A program made the position numbers and the translations under genes. Below, piece after piece: positions 1 through 8,421 of a stretch of 64,000 nucleotides of DNA. How positions within the stretch are numbered: position 1 is the first letter of the stretch; every line of letters starts with the position of its first letter. Source of the stretch: Thermoanaerobaculia bacterium (GTDB lineage Bacteria > Acidobacteriota > Thermoanaerobaculia > UBA5066); contig JBBRRY010000004.1 in NCBI GenBank assembly GCA_038245905.1, positions 64,001-128,000 on the forward strand, in the 5' to 3' direction. The notes under the pieces are model-generated. The model was not told where the DNA came from and did no database searches. It saw only the letters and a list, made by a program, of their open reading frames with translations.

Positions 1-1718
1 CTTCGAAAGGGAGTGAGAGCCACGGCCACGCGTCCGGGCGAGACCTCGCCTCCGAGAATGGCGCCCGCGGCTGGACCGAGCTCGATCGAGCGCGCGGGCG
101 ATCTTTCACCCTCCAAGAAAATTTTCAGAATTCCCTTCCCATCCGCAACGCCGGCCACCGCCATGCGGCCGCCCGACAGGAACCTCACTCTCGGCGCCTC
201 GAGATCCTCCGAGAGCGTCATGAGGTGCGCGCCTGTCCGCCCGTCGTGGAGCGTCAGGATCTGGGGCGCCGACGGGTCGTCTTTCGTTCGCCGCGTCCCG
301 ACAAGGAACCGCGCGTCTGCACTCAGGCGCAGGAACGGGAGGGTCCCGGGTTCGAACCGGCCGGTCACGAGGGATTTCTTCGAAGACAGGGAGAACTCGG
401 TGATGTCGAGTCTTGCCAGGTCCAGGCCCTTGACCTGTGTGTTGAAGAATCTCGGAAAGGCGCGAATCGTGTCCTCGTCGACGAACGTGTACCGGAGGTC
501 TCTCGCGATACGGAAGACGGCGATCTGCTTCGGGTTCCCGGCGTCTGACACGTCGAAGGCCGCGAGCGTCTTCCCGTCGAAGGACGCGAGGCGCCGGCCG
601 CTGGGCGAAAGGGCGAGCGTGGCCCAGCCCGCGGGCTCGAGGCCCGTCGCGACTGGACGGCCCGCGGAGAGGTCGGCGACGAAGAGGTCGAGCCTGTTGT
701 CCTTCATCTCGAAGAATCCGAATCGAGGCTCGCCCCACGCGGCGCGGGTGCCGTCCGCGGAGAAGGCGACGGTCCCGTCCCACGAGAACGGACACTTGAC
801 GAATCGGCCCGACATCGCGTCGAAGATGAACGAGGCCTCGGCGGAGCCGCGAGAGCGCACCGCCCCGGCGACGCCGACCCACGTACCATGCGGGGCCGCC
901 TGGATGCCATCGACGTGTACGAGGTCTTTCGGTGTGGCCGCGTTCACCCACAGGGCGAGGCCGCCGAGCGGAAGGGCGAGCAGAGCCGTGAGCCCCCACA
1001 GAGTCACCGACAGCGCGCCATGCGAGCGCCGCGCGTCCGTCCTCCCGTCGGCCACCTGCATGTAACTGGCGGCGAGGAGAGCGGTGATGAGCGGAGCGGC
1101 CAGCCACCAGGCGAGCCACTCGGGCGAATGTTTCATCTCGTAGAGGTTCCAGAAGCCGGCGAGGAAAAGACTTCGGAGGGAGAGAGCGATCAGGGCGGCG
1201 AACAAGGCGGCCAGAAGAAAGTCGAGGACGATCCAGGCCGACCGCAGGCGCACCATCGAAGAGAACGTGTGTGCCCCGGCAAGGAGCAGAAGTGTCGTGA
1301 GGACGAAGTAGACAGTGGCCGGGCCCGAAGTATCGAATGCGGCGAAGGCTCGTTTCCCGTCGACGAGAATCGTCGGGATGGCGGCGAGGCAGGCTCCGGA
1401 AACCGAGATGAAGAGAGCTCCAAGCAGCTTTCCGGCCCAGATCGAAACCGGGGGTAGCGGCCGCGAAAAATAGAATGCGATGCGCTTCTGGGTGATTTCG
1501 GAGACCAGGATCGTGGCACCGAACGCGATTGGAAATGCCACGGCGATCGTGAGGGCGAGGTAGAACGCGGCCACGAAGCGGACATCACGCGCCCCTGCGC
1601 CGCCCAGGCCTGGAAGAAACGGCAGGGTGAGCGGCAAGAGGCCCACCAGCAGCGTTCCGAGAAGAACGAGTCTCCTCTCGACGATCTCCCGCGCCGCGAC
1701 GGCGAGCGTGGTTTTCAT
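1..1718 (-). CDS. ABC transporter permease-like membrane protein with C-terminal soluble (possibly beta-propeller) domain; runs off the left edge
   Basis: Not in the ORF track; translated by hand from ATG 1718 (ATGA overlap with the ATPase stop). MKTTLAVAAREIVERRLVLLGTLLVGLLP..., FYFSRPLPPVSIWAGKLLG (ABC-2-type signature), several TM segments, then AFSADG/ALSPSG/LSADAR repeats. I saw no stop before the edge. Confidence 0.75.
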   Translation of the reverse strand, partial: MKTTLAVAAREIVERRLVLLGTLLVGLLPLTLPFLPGLGGAGARDVRFVAAFYLALTIAVAFPIAFGATILVSEITQKRIAFYFSRPLPPVSIWAGKLLGALFISVSGACLAAIPTILVDGKRAFAAFDTSGPATVYFVLTTLLLLAGAHTFSSMVRLRSAWIVLDFLLAALFAALIALSLRSLFLAGFWNLYEMKHSPEWLAWWLAAPLITALLAASYMQVADGRTDARRSHGALSVTLWGLTALLALPLGGLALWVNAATPKDLVHVDGIQAAPHGTWVGVAGAVRSRGSAEASFIFDAMSGRFVKCPFSWDGTVAFSADGTRAAWGEPRFGFFEMKDNRLDLFVADLSAGRPVATGLEPAGWATLALSPSGRRLASFDGKTLAAFDVSDAGNPKQIAVFRIARDLRYTFVDEDTIRAFPRFFNTQVKGLDLARLDITEFSLSSKKSLVTGRFEPGTLPFLRLSADARFLVGTRRTKDDPSAPQILTLHDGRTGAHLMTLSEDLEAPRVRFLSGGRMAVAGVADGKGILKIFLEGERSPARSIELGPAAGAILGGEVSPGRVAVALTPFR

Positions 1719-2659
1719 GTGTTCCTCCCCGGCGACGCTTCGCCCGCGACGGCGACAAAGATCTCCTCGAGGGACAGGGCGGAAGCCTCGGCGTCCACGA
1801 CGCCCTCCTTGGCCGCGAAGCGCGCGAACGCCTCGTCGCCGTAATTCGAGACGACCGCTTCGACGCCCCAGCCCCGCACCTTCACCTTCACCGCGTCGAA
1901 ATCGGAGAGCTCCTGGCCGTAGAGAGCCGGGTCCTCGGTCTGTTCGTTCGCGTAGCGCAGGCGCCGGAAGCGTCCTTTGAGCGTTTCGAGGTCCTCGTCG
2001 AGAACGAGCCTGCCGCCCTTGAGCATCCCCACTCGGTCGGCCATCTTCTCGACGCCTGACAGATCGTGCGAGGTGAGAAGAACGGTCGTCTCCCGGTCGG
2101 CCAGCTCGCCCACCAGCTCGTCGAAGAACGCCGCGCGCGCCACGGCATCGAGGCCCAGCGTTGGATCGTCTAGCAGCAGGAGTTCCGGCGACGATCCGAG
2201 CGCCAGCGAGAGCGACACGAGGGCTTTCTGGCCCTTCGAGAGGCTGCCGAAGAGAGTGTCCGGGGGGACTCCGAATCGGCGAAGCCTGTCGAAGACGGAG
2301 GCGTCGTTCCAGCGGGGGTAGAGTCGCGAGAAGAAAGCCGAGAGTTGGCGCGCCGTCATCGAGGGCGGCGCGTCCGGATCCTCGGGGACGACGCCGGTCC
2401 TTGCCATCAGGAGTGAGCGGTGTTTCCAGACGTCCTCGCCGAAGAGGAAGCACTTCCCGGACGACGGCTTCTGCTGGCCGAGGAGGCAGCGCACGAGAGA
2501 GGACTTCCCCGCGCCGTTGCGCCCCAGGAGGCCATAGACGGAGCCACGAGGGATGGAGAAAGAGACTTCTTCGAGCGTAGGAGAAGGGTTGCCGCCGTAC
2601 TTCACGAGGAGGCTCTTGACCTCGACCACGGCAGCCTCGTTTCCGCGCATGCCGTTCAT
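1715..2659 (-). CDS. ABC transporter ATP-binding protein (YtrB-like)
   Basis: Walker A GRNGAGKS, signature LSKGQ, Walker B LLLLDDP, H-loop SH. Confidence 0.93.
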   Translation of the reverse strand: MNGMRGNEAAVVEVKSLLVKYGGNPSPTLEEVSFSIPRGSVYGLLGRNGAGKSSLVRCLLGQQKPSSGKCFLFGEDVWKHRSLLMARTGVVPEDPDAPPSMTARQLSAFFSRLYPRWNDASVFDRLRRFGVPPDTLFGSLSKGQKALVSLSLALGSSPELLLLDDPTLGLDAVARAAFFDELVGELADRETTVLLTSHDLSGVEKMADRVGMLKGGRLVLDEDLETLKGRFRRLRYANEQTEDPALYGQELSDFDAVKVKVRGWGVEAVVSNYGDEAFARFAAKEGVVDAEASALSLEEIFVAVAGEASPGRNT

Positions 2660-3063
2660 TTCACCCCTCCGTCCCTCTTCCTTCTAAGAAATCCCAGACT
2701 GCGTTCCACGCGACCCATCGCATCCTCGTTCGTCGCGCCGAGCGTGACCGCAAGGCTCGCGTAGCGCATCGCGCCCCCCTCCAGGTCCTTCTCGCGCTCG
2801 CCTCGCGCGAGCGCGGGCGGCTTCTCGGCGACGAACGTCCCTTCGCCTCGCTTTACGTCGAGAACCCCGGCGTCTACGAGGCGCTGGTAGCCCTTTGCGA
2901 CGGTCGCGGGGTTGATCGACAGGTCGCGAGCGAGGTCACGCACCGAAGGCATGACAGAGCCGGGCTTCATCGCTCCCGACGCCACGAGCCGCCGTACGTT
3001 GTCCTCGATCTGCCGCCAGAGGGGGACGGCGTCGGAGGGGTCGACCTGCAGTCCGCGAGTCAT
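2656..3063 (-). CDS. GntR-family transcriptional regulator (YtrA subfamily)
   Basis: PLWRQI...MPSVRDLARDLSINPATVAKGYQRL...RGEGTFV winged HTH with a short C-terminus; first gene of an ABC operon. Confidence 0.93.
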   Translation of the reverse strand: MTRGLQVDPSDAVPLWRQIEDNVRRLVASGAMKPGSVMPSVRDLARDLSINPATVAKGYQRLVDAGVLDVKRGEGTFVAEKPPALARGEREKDLEGGAMRYASLAVTLGATNEDAMGRVERSLGFLRRKRDGGVK

Positions 3064-3074
3064 CCCTTACCGCC

Positions 3075-3125
3075 TCGGTGTATCATTACACCGATACAGT
3101 ACGGACGCCGACGCCTTCCTGTCAA
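3075..3125 (-). promoter_or_regulatory. sigma70-type promoter and palindromic operator for the GntR-ABC operon
   Basis: Minus strand TTGACA (3120-3125), 18 nt spacer, TACTGT (3096-3101), then inverted repeat TCGGTGTA-N4-TACACCGA (3075-3094). Confidence 0.7.
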
Positions 3126-3158
3126 GGGTTTCGCGCGAATTAAATCAAACGGGCCGGG

Positions 3159-3998
3159 TCAGGGGTTCGTCTGGCGCCTGAGCGCGTCGAACTTCAGGAG
3201 GTCGGCCAGGAACTTCGGAAGGATCGCGAGTGGAAGCTGCGTGGCCTTGTCGGACTTCGCGGCGGCGGGATTGTCGTGGACTTCGAAGAAGTAGCCGTCC
3301 ACGCCGACCGACGCCGCCGCCCGGACGAGAGCAGGAGCGTATTCGCGCGAGCCGCCTGTCTCTTTGCCGAGGCTGCCCGGAAGCTGAAGGGAGTGCGTCG
3401 CGTCGTAGATCACGGGAACGCCGAGCGACCGCATCATGGGGAGGCCTCGGAAGTCTACGACGAGGTTGTGATACCCGAAGCTCGTGCCGCGCTCGCAAAG
3501 CATGACGTTCGAGTTCCCGGCGGAATGGCACTTGTCGACGATTTGCTTGCAGTCGTCGGGCGCCAGAAACTGTCCCTTCTTGACGTTCACGGCCTTCTTC
3601 GTGGCGGCCGCCGCCATGATGAGGTCGGTCTGCCGGCAGAGGAACGCGGGGATCTGGAGGACGTCGGCCACTTCGGCCACGAGCGCGCAGTGCTCGGGGT
3701 CGTGGACGTCGGTCAGGACAGGCAGGTCGGTCTTCTCCTTCACCTCCGAGAGGATCGCGAGCCCCTTCTCGATGCCAGGCCCCCGGAAGCTGGCCCCGGC
3801 GGAACGGTTCGCCTTGTCGAACGAGGATTTGTAGACGAGCCGGTCGGCGACCCCGGCGTCCGTGAAGACCTTTTTCAGCTCTTTCGCCATTTTCAGGGCG
3901 TGCGCCCGCGACTCGATGACGCACGGGCCCGCAAAAAAGACGGGGCGACAGCGGTCGCCGACGGAAAGGTGCGGCGTGATCGAGGCGAAGACGCGCAT
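3159..3998 (-). CDS. kdsA: 3-deoxy-8-phosphooctulonate (KDO8P) synthase
   Basis: AGPCVIES, KSSFDKANRS, LQIPAFLCRQTDL, NVKKGQF, CERGTSFGY, DATHS motifs. Confidence 0.97.
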   Translation of the reverse strand: MRVFASITPHLSVGDRCRPVFFAGPCVIESRAHALKMAKELKKVFTDAGVADRLVYKSSFDKANRSAGASFRGPGIEKGLAILSEVKEKTDLPVLTDVHDPEHCALVAEVADVLQIPAFLCRQTDLIMAAAATKKAVNVKKGQFLAPDDCKQIVDKCHSAGNSNVMLCERGTSFGYHNLVVDFRGLPMMRSLGVPVIYDATHSLQLPGSLGKETGGSREYAPALVRAAASVGVDGYFFEVHDNPAAAKSDKATQLPLAILPKFLADLLKFDALRRQTNP

Positions 3999-4035
3999 GT
4001 GCAGGCCAGTCTAGCGTGACCGCGGGAGCCGCCGC

Positions 4036-4782
4036 TCAGGGCTTGTGCGCGACGAGGTAGTGGTCCATCCGGTCGGCGCGCCGCTGGACGTCCGCCAGGC
4101 CTTCGGCGGCAAGCCAGGCCTCGACGTCGGAAAGGGCGTATCGCTCGTGGACGCCCGGCGAGACGGTGTCGAAGTACTCGAGGATCTCGCCGGGCGGCGC
4201 CACGGCGCGGAGGGCCTCGACCTTCTCGGGAAAAGTAAGGGGTGCGACGCGCGCCCGCCAGGCCTCGACGCCGGCGACCTCCTGCTCGTCAGTCGGACAG
4301 CCCGGCCTTGGCCGGCCGTAGAGCATCAGGAAGAGGACGCCTCCGCGGCGGAGGGAGGCCACCAGCCGCGCGAGCGAACCGCGGACGTCGCCGGTGTGGT
4401 GAAGCACCCCGAAGCTCCAGACAAGGTCGAAGGACGCGCCCACGGCCAGCGGGGCGAGGAGGTCCGCGGCGAGCGCCCCGCGGAAACCGGGGAGGCCCGT
4501 GCAGGCCGCCCGCGTCGCCAGGAGGGCGGGGAGCGAGCGGTCGACCGCGAGGACACGCGCCCCGAGCCGGCAGAGCGCCCAGGTGTGACGGCCGCATCCG
4601 CAGCCCGCGTCGAGCGCGTCGCGCCCCGCGAACCACTCCGGAGGCCGGCCGACCCACTCGGCCACGAGCCCGGGCAGCTCCTCGCGGAACTCCGGGCTCG
4701 CGAGCGACCACCGGTTCTGGGGGAGCCGCGACCACTGGTAGTCGAAGCTCGCGCGCGTCTGGAGGACGTCCAGATCGGTCAT
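4036..4782 (-). CDS. class I SAM-dependent methyltransferase
   Basis: Motif I LDAGCGCGR, AVDRS, FDLVWSFGVLHHT, LRRGG. Start ATG 4782 chosen because it lies 19 nt after the precursor stop. Confidence 0.88.
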   Translation of the reverse strand: MTDLDVLQTRASFDYQWSRLPQNRWSLASPEFREELPGLVAEWVGRPPEWFAGRDALDAGCGCGRHTWALCRLGARVLAVDRSLPALLATRAACTGLPGFRGALAADLLAPLAVGASFDLVWSFGVLHHTGDVRGSLARLVASLRRGGVLFLMLYGRPRPGCPTDEQEVAGVEAWRARVAPLTFPEKVEALRAVAPPGEILEYFDTVSPGVHERYALSDVEAWLAAEGLADVQRRADRMDHYLVAHKP

Positions 4783-4801
4783 CGCGGCGTCGGCGGGGAG
4801 G

Positions 4802-5164
4802 TCAGCCGTGGCCGAGCTGCTTGTTCGGACCGGCGAAGCCGCCGCCGAGCTGCTGCGCGCCACCGAGCTGCTGCATGCCTCCGAGCTGGGCGCCTCCGAG
4901 CTGCTGGTGGCTCATGCCGCCCGCCACCTTGTCGAGGTCCTGGTCGACGAGCTCACCGCCAGGGAGAGGCGGCAGAACGAAATGGCGCGTGCCCGCCGTG
5001 TCCTCGACGAAGCGCACGCTCACGCCCTCCGAAAGCCGGATTCCGACCCCGGCGAGCGCCTCGTGCGGCGCGGAGAGGAGGCGGGCGCGAAACGCGGGGT
5101 CCGATGCCGCCTTCGATTCGATGGACGCGAGCGCTTCGGGGGAGATCACGTCACGAAGGCCCAT
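4802..5164 (-). CDS. NHLP (nitrile hydratase-like leader) RiPP precursor with (Q)QLGG-repeat core
   Basis: KAASDPAFRARLLSAPHEAL...VRFVEDT...HFVLPPLP..ELVDQDLDKVAGG leader; strong RBS AAGGAGG; 37-aa core after GG. Confidence 0.88.
   Translation of the reverse strand: MGLRDVISPEALASIESKAASDPAFRARLLSAPHEALAGVGIRLSEGVSVRFVEDTAGTRHFVLPPLPGGELVDQDLDKVAGGMSHQQLGGAQLGGMQQLGGAQQLGGGFAGPNKQLGHG
4811..4906 (-). repeat. imperfect tandem repeat CAGCAGCTCGGNGGC encoding (Q)QLGG
   Basis: Four QLGG units plus a terminal QLG(H)G, visible on the plus strand as repeated CCGAGCTG(CTG). Confidence 0.8.
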
Positions 5165-5285
5165 TTCGTCCTCCTTGATTCCGGGTCGGGTCGGCTCGCA
5201 ATTGAGACTCTATCAGGTTCGGAAGCGGAACCGCCCCACTCCCCCGGAAGGAGCCCGCCGGCCTCAGAATGGCCTGAGAGGGAAC

Positions 5286-5777
5286 ATGTCCATCCGCATT
5301 CTCGTGACCGGCGGGACCTTCGACAAGGAATACGACGAGTTGACGGGCCGCCTCTATTTCAAGGACACGCACATCCAGGAGATGCTGCGGCTCGGCCGCT
5401 GCCGCGTGCCGGTGGCCGTCGAGACGGTGATGATGAAGGACAGCCTCGAGATGATTCCCGGGGATCGCGAGACGATCGCCTGGCGCTGCCGGGAGGCCGC
5501 GGAAAGCTGGATCGTCGTCACGCACGGCACCGACACGATGGTCGAGACGGCGGCGATCCTCGCCGAGGCCGAGACGGGGAAGACGATCGTCCTGACGGGC
5601 GCCATGGTGCCGTGGGCGTTCGGCAGCTCCGACGGCCTCTTCAACCTCGGGAGCGCATTGTCGTTCGTCCAGGTCCTACCGCCGGGCGTCTACGTCGCCA
5701 TGAACGGCCGCTGCTTTCCGTGGGACGACGTCCGGAAGGACCGCGAGCAAGGAGTCTTCGAGAGGATCGAACGGTAG
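5286..5777 (+). CDS. short asparaginase-domain protein (N-terminal catalytic domain only)
   Basis: TGGTFDK, THGTDTM, VLTGAMVP, SDGLFNLG motifs; 163 aa from ATG 5286. Confidence 0.9.
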   Translation: MSIRILVTGGTFDKEYDELTGRLYFKDTHIQEMLRLGRCRVPVAVETVMMKDSLEMIPGDRETIAWRCREAAESWIVVTHGTDTMVETAAILAEAETGKTIVLTGAMVPWAFGSSDGLFNLGSALSFVQVLPPGVYVAMNGRCFPWDDVRKDREQGVFERIER

Positions 5778-5817
5778 GGCGTTCCGCCACAGGAGGGTTC
5801 GGCCGCAGAATGCAACC

Positions 5818-7482
5818 ATGAGTAAGCCCATCACATCTCCATTCACGGGCCTCGGCCTCGACGCCCGGCTCGTGAGTGCGCTCGTGGCCCTGGGCTACGA
5901 AGAACCCACCCCCATCCAGAGCGCCGCGATCCCGCCGCTCATCGAAGGCCACGACGTCTTCGCACAGGCCGCCACCGGTACCGGGAAGACCGCCGCATTC
6001 GCGCTCCCGATCCTCAACGCAATGGCCGCTCCTTCCGAAAGGGGAGTCGCCCCTTCCGCCCTCGTCCTCGTGCCGACCCGGGAGCTCGCGATGCAGCTCG
6101 CGGAGGCCGTACACAAGTACGGCCGGGAGATGAACGTGAGGGTGCTTCCCGTATACGGGGGAGCCTCGATGGAGACGCAGCTCCGGGCTCTCAAGCGCGG
6201 AGTGGACGTCGTCGTCGCGACCCCAGGGCGCGCGCTCGATCACGTCAACCGGAAGTCGCTCGCGCTCGGAAGTCTCAAGACGCTCGTCCTCGACGAGGCC
6301 GACGAGATGCTCGACATGGGCTTCGCGGAGGATCTCGACGCGATCCTCGCGGCGACGCCGAAGACGCGCCAGACGGCGCTCTTCTCGGCGACGCTTCCGC
6401 CCCGTATCGCGACGCTCGCGGCCCGCCACCTTCGTGACCCGATCCGGATCGCGATCGAGAAGGAAAAGACCGCTCCGGGGAAGATGCCGAAGGTGCGGCA
6501 GACGGCGTACGTCGTCGCCCGCGGCCACAAGCGCGCGGCACTCGGCCGCATCCTCGACCTCGAAAGCCCGGCGGGAGCGCTCGTGTTCTGCCGGACGCGG
6601 ATCGAGGTCGACGACCTGACCGAGAGCCTCAAGGGCCGCGGGATGCGGGTCGAGGCGATGCACGGCGGGATGTCGCAGGAGCAGCGCGACCGCGTCATGA
6701 AGAAGTTCCGCGCCGGGACGCTCGAGCTCCTCATCGCGACGGACGTGGCCGCGCGGGGCCTCGACATCGGGCATCTCTCGCACGTCGTGAACTATGACGT
6801 GCCGTCGTCGCCGGAGGTGTACGTCCACCGCATCGGCCGAACCGGGCGCGCCGGGCGGGAGGGCGTCGCCATCACTCTTGCGGAGCCCCGCGAGCACTGG
6901 CAGCTCAAGAACATCGAACGCCTCACGAAGCAGAAGATCGAGATCGCGAGCGTCCCGACCGTCGCGGACCTCCGCGCGAAGCGCCTCGAGCTGACGCGGG
7001 CGTCGCTCCGCGAGTCGATCCTCAAGGGAGGCCTCGACGACTATCGCGTCGTCGTGGAGTCGCTCGCCGAGGAGTTCGATCCGATGGACGTGGCCGCGGC
7101 AGCCGTGAAGCTGGCCGACCCGGCGGCCGAAGGCTCCGGCTCGGTCGGGGACGAGCACGAGATCCCGGCGATCGCCGCGGCACCGCCCGCGCGCGCGAAA
7201 GCGGGCCCGAAGTACCAGTCCGGGGGACGCGAACCCGGCAACTCCGCACGCATCTTCATCGGCGCCGGGCGCGCCGCGGGCGTCCGCCCGGGAGACCTCG
7301 TGGGCGCCATCTGCAACGAAGCCAAGGTCAGCCCGAAGGACGTCGGCTCGATCCAGATTGCCGATCGCTTTTCGCTCGTGGAGATCTCCGAGGCGCTCGT
7401 CGAACCGGTCATGAAGGCGCTCCGGGGCACGATGATCCGCGGCCAGAAGGTCGTCGTGAAGCGCGACCGCGTCGGGGGATAG
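5818..7482 (+). CDS. deaD: DEAD-box RNA helicase, DeaD/CsdA-like with C-terminal DbpA-type RNA-binding domain
   Basis: Q motif, ATGTGKT, PTRELA, DEAD, SAT, ARGLD, HRIGRTGRAG; C-terminal RPGDLVGAICNE. Confidence 0.88.
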   Translation: MSKPITSPFTGLGLDARLVSALVALGYEEPTPIQSAAIPPLIEGHDVFAQAATGTGKTAAFALPILNAMAAPSERGVAPSALVLVPTRELAMQLAEAVHKYGREMNVRVLPVYGGASMETQLRALKRGVDVVVATPGRALDHVNRKSLALGSLKTLVLDEADEMLDMGFAEDLDAILAATPKTRQTALFSATLPPRIATLAARHLRDPIRIAIEKEKTAPGKMPKVRQTAYVVARGHKRAALGRILDLESPAGALVFCRTRIEVDDLTESLKGRGMRVEAMHGGMSQEQRDRVMKKFRAGTLELLIATDVAARGLDIGHLSHVVNYDVPSSPEVYVHRIGRTGRAGREGVAITLAEPREHWQLKNIERLTKQKIEIASVPTVADLRAKRLELTRASLRESILKGGLDDYRVVVESLAEEFDPMDVAAAAVKLADPAAEGSGSVGDEHEIPAIAAAPPARAKAGPKYQSGGREPGNSARIFIGAGRAAGVRPGDLVGAICNEAKVSPKDVGSIQIADRFSLVEISEALVEPVMKALRGTMIRGQKVVVKRDRVGG

Positions 7483-7510
7483 TCGTCGGTGCCCGCGTAT
7501 GATCGGTTTC

Positions 7511-7783
7511 GTGCTCGAAGGTTTGCCAGGATCTGAGATCTTTCGGAGAGGAATCGACGACTTGTCGGAGGGCGTCGAATCCGAAGCCGCGCTCCTCGTC
7601 TCGATCGGGGCGCCGCGTCTCCGTCGAATCGGCTTCAGGCTTCCAAGAACGATTCCGAAACCCGAGGATCGGCTCTATGCGTTTCTGGCTCGATCGAATC
7701 CGGACTCGGCTCACTCCAGGTACAACGCGCTGATCCGGCGCCTCGTCTCGTTCGAACGCGCGGCGGAATGCGGCGTCCGGTAG
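7511..7783 (+). CDS. small hypothetical protein, partner of the downstream nucleotidyltransferase-like gene
   Basis: GLPGSEIFRRGIDDL...LLVSIGAPRLRRIG...AHSRYNALIRRLVSFERA; overlaps the next start. GTG 7511 lies 7 nt after TATGAT; ATG 7499 is the alternative start. Confidence 0.7.
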   Translation: MLEGLPGSEIFRRGIDDLSEGVESEAALLVSIGAPRLRRIGFRLPRTIPKPEDRLYAFLARSNPDSAHSRYNALIRRLVSFERAAECGVR

Positions 7784-8295
7784 ACGCGGAGCGCGTCCGG
7801 AAGCTCATGGCCGCCCTCGGGGCCGAGGCGCGGCACGAGGGGCGCATTTATCTCGTGGGAGGCGCGACCGCCGTGCTGGTCGGGTGGCGCTCCAGCACGA
7901 TCGACGTCGACCTGAAGCTGGTGCCTGAGGATGACGACATCCTCCGGGCGATCCCGCGCCTCAAAGATGAGCTCGAGATCAATGTCGAGCTGGCTTCACC
8001 CGATGCCTTCATCCCCGAGGTGGGGGGATGGGAGACGAGGAGCCCCTTCGTCGCGCGAGAGGGCCGGATCTCGTTTCATCATTACGATCTCTACTCGCAG
8101 GCCCTGGCGAAGCTGGAGCGCAGCCACGAGAAAGACCTCGACGACGTCCGCGCGATGAGAGCCGCGGGCTTGATCGACTCGAAGAGTCTCCTCTCCTACT
8201 TCGATGAGATCGAGCCGAAGCTCTACCGCTTCCCGGCGATCGACGCGCCGTCGTTTCGACGCGCGGTCGAGGGCTTCGTCGCGGGAGAAGGATAG
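7768..8295 (+). CDS. nucleotidyltransferase-fold protein (DUF6036-like)
   Basis: IYLVGGATAVL...RSSTIDVDL (GG...DxD) and C-terminal AKLERSHEKDLDD. Confidence 0.75.
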   Translation: MRRPVDAERVRKLMAALGAEARHEGRIYLVGGATAVLVGWRSSTIDVDLKLVPEDDDILRAIPRLKDELEINVELASPDAFIPEVGGWETRSPFVAREGRISFHHYDLYSQALAKLERSHEKDLDDVRAMRAAGLIDSKSLLSYFDEIEPKLYRFPAIDAPSFRRAVEGFVAGEG

Positions 8296-8421
8296 CGCTC
8301 TCGTCGCTGCATCTCTATCGCATGGAGCAGTTAGCCCGCGGCTTTCCCTGACGAGTCTGATTCATTTGCGGCATACCGAAGGGCCTCTTGCGCGGGTACC
8401 TTGACCGTGGAGGCTTCCGGT

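Noticed and set aside
1-3063. GntR-ABC operon as exporter of the NHLP peptide
   Set aside because: It is separated from the precursor by kdsA, has its own promoter and operator, lacks a C39 peptidase domain, and belongs to a common stand-alone YtrA-type family.
4811-4906. Repeat as a CRISPR array
   Set aside because: The units are short and in frame, have no unique spacers, and no cas genes are present.
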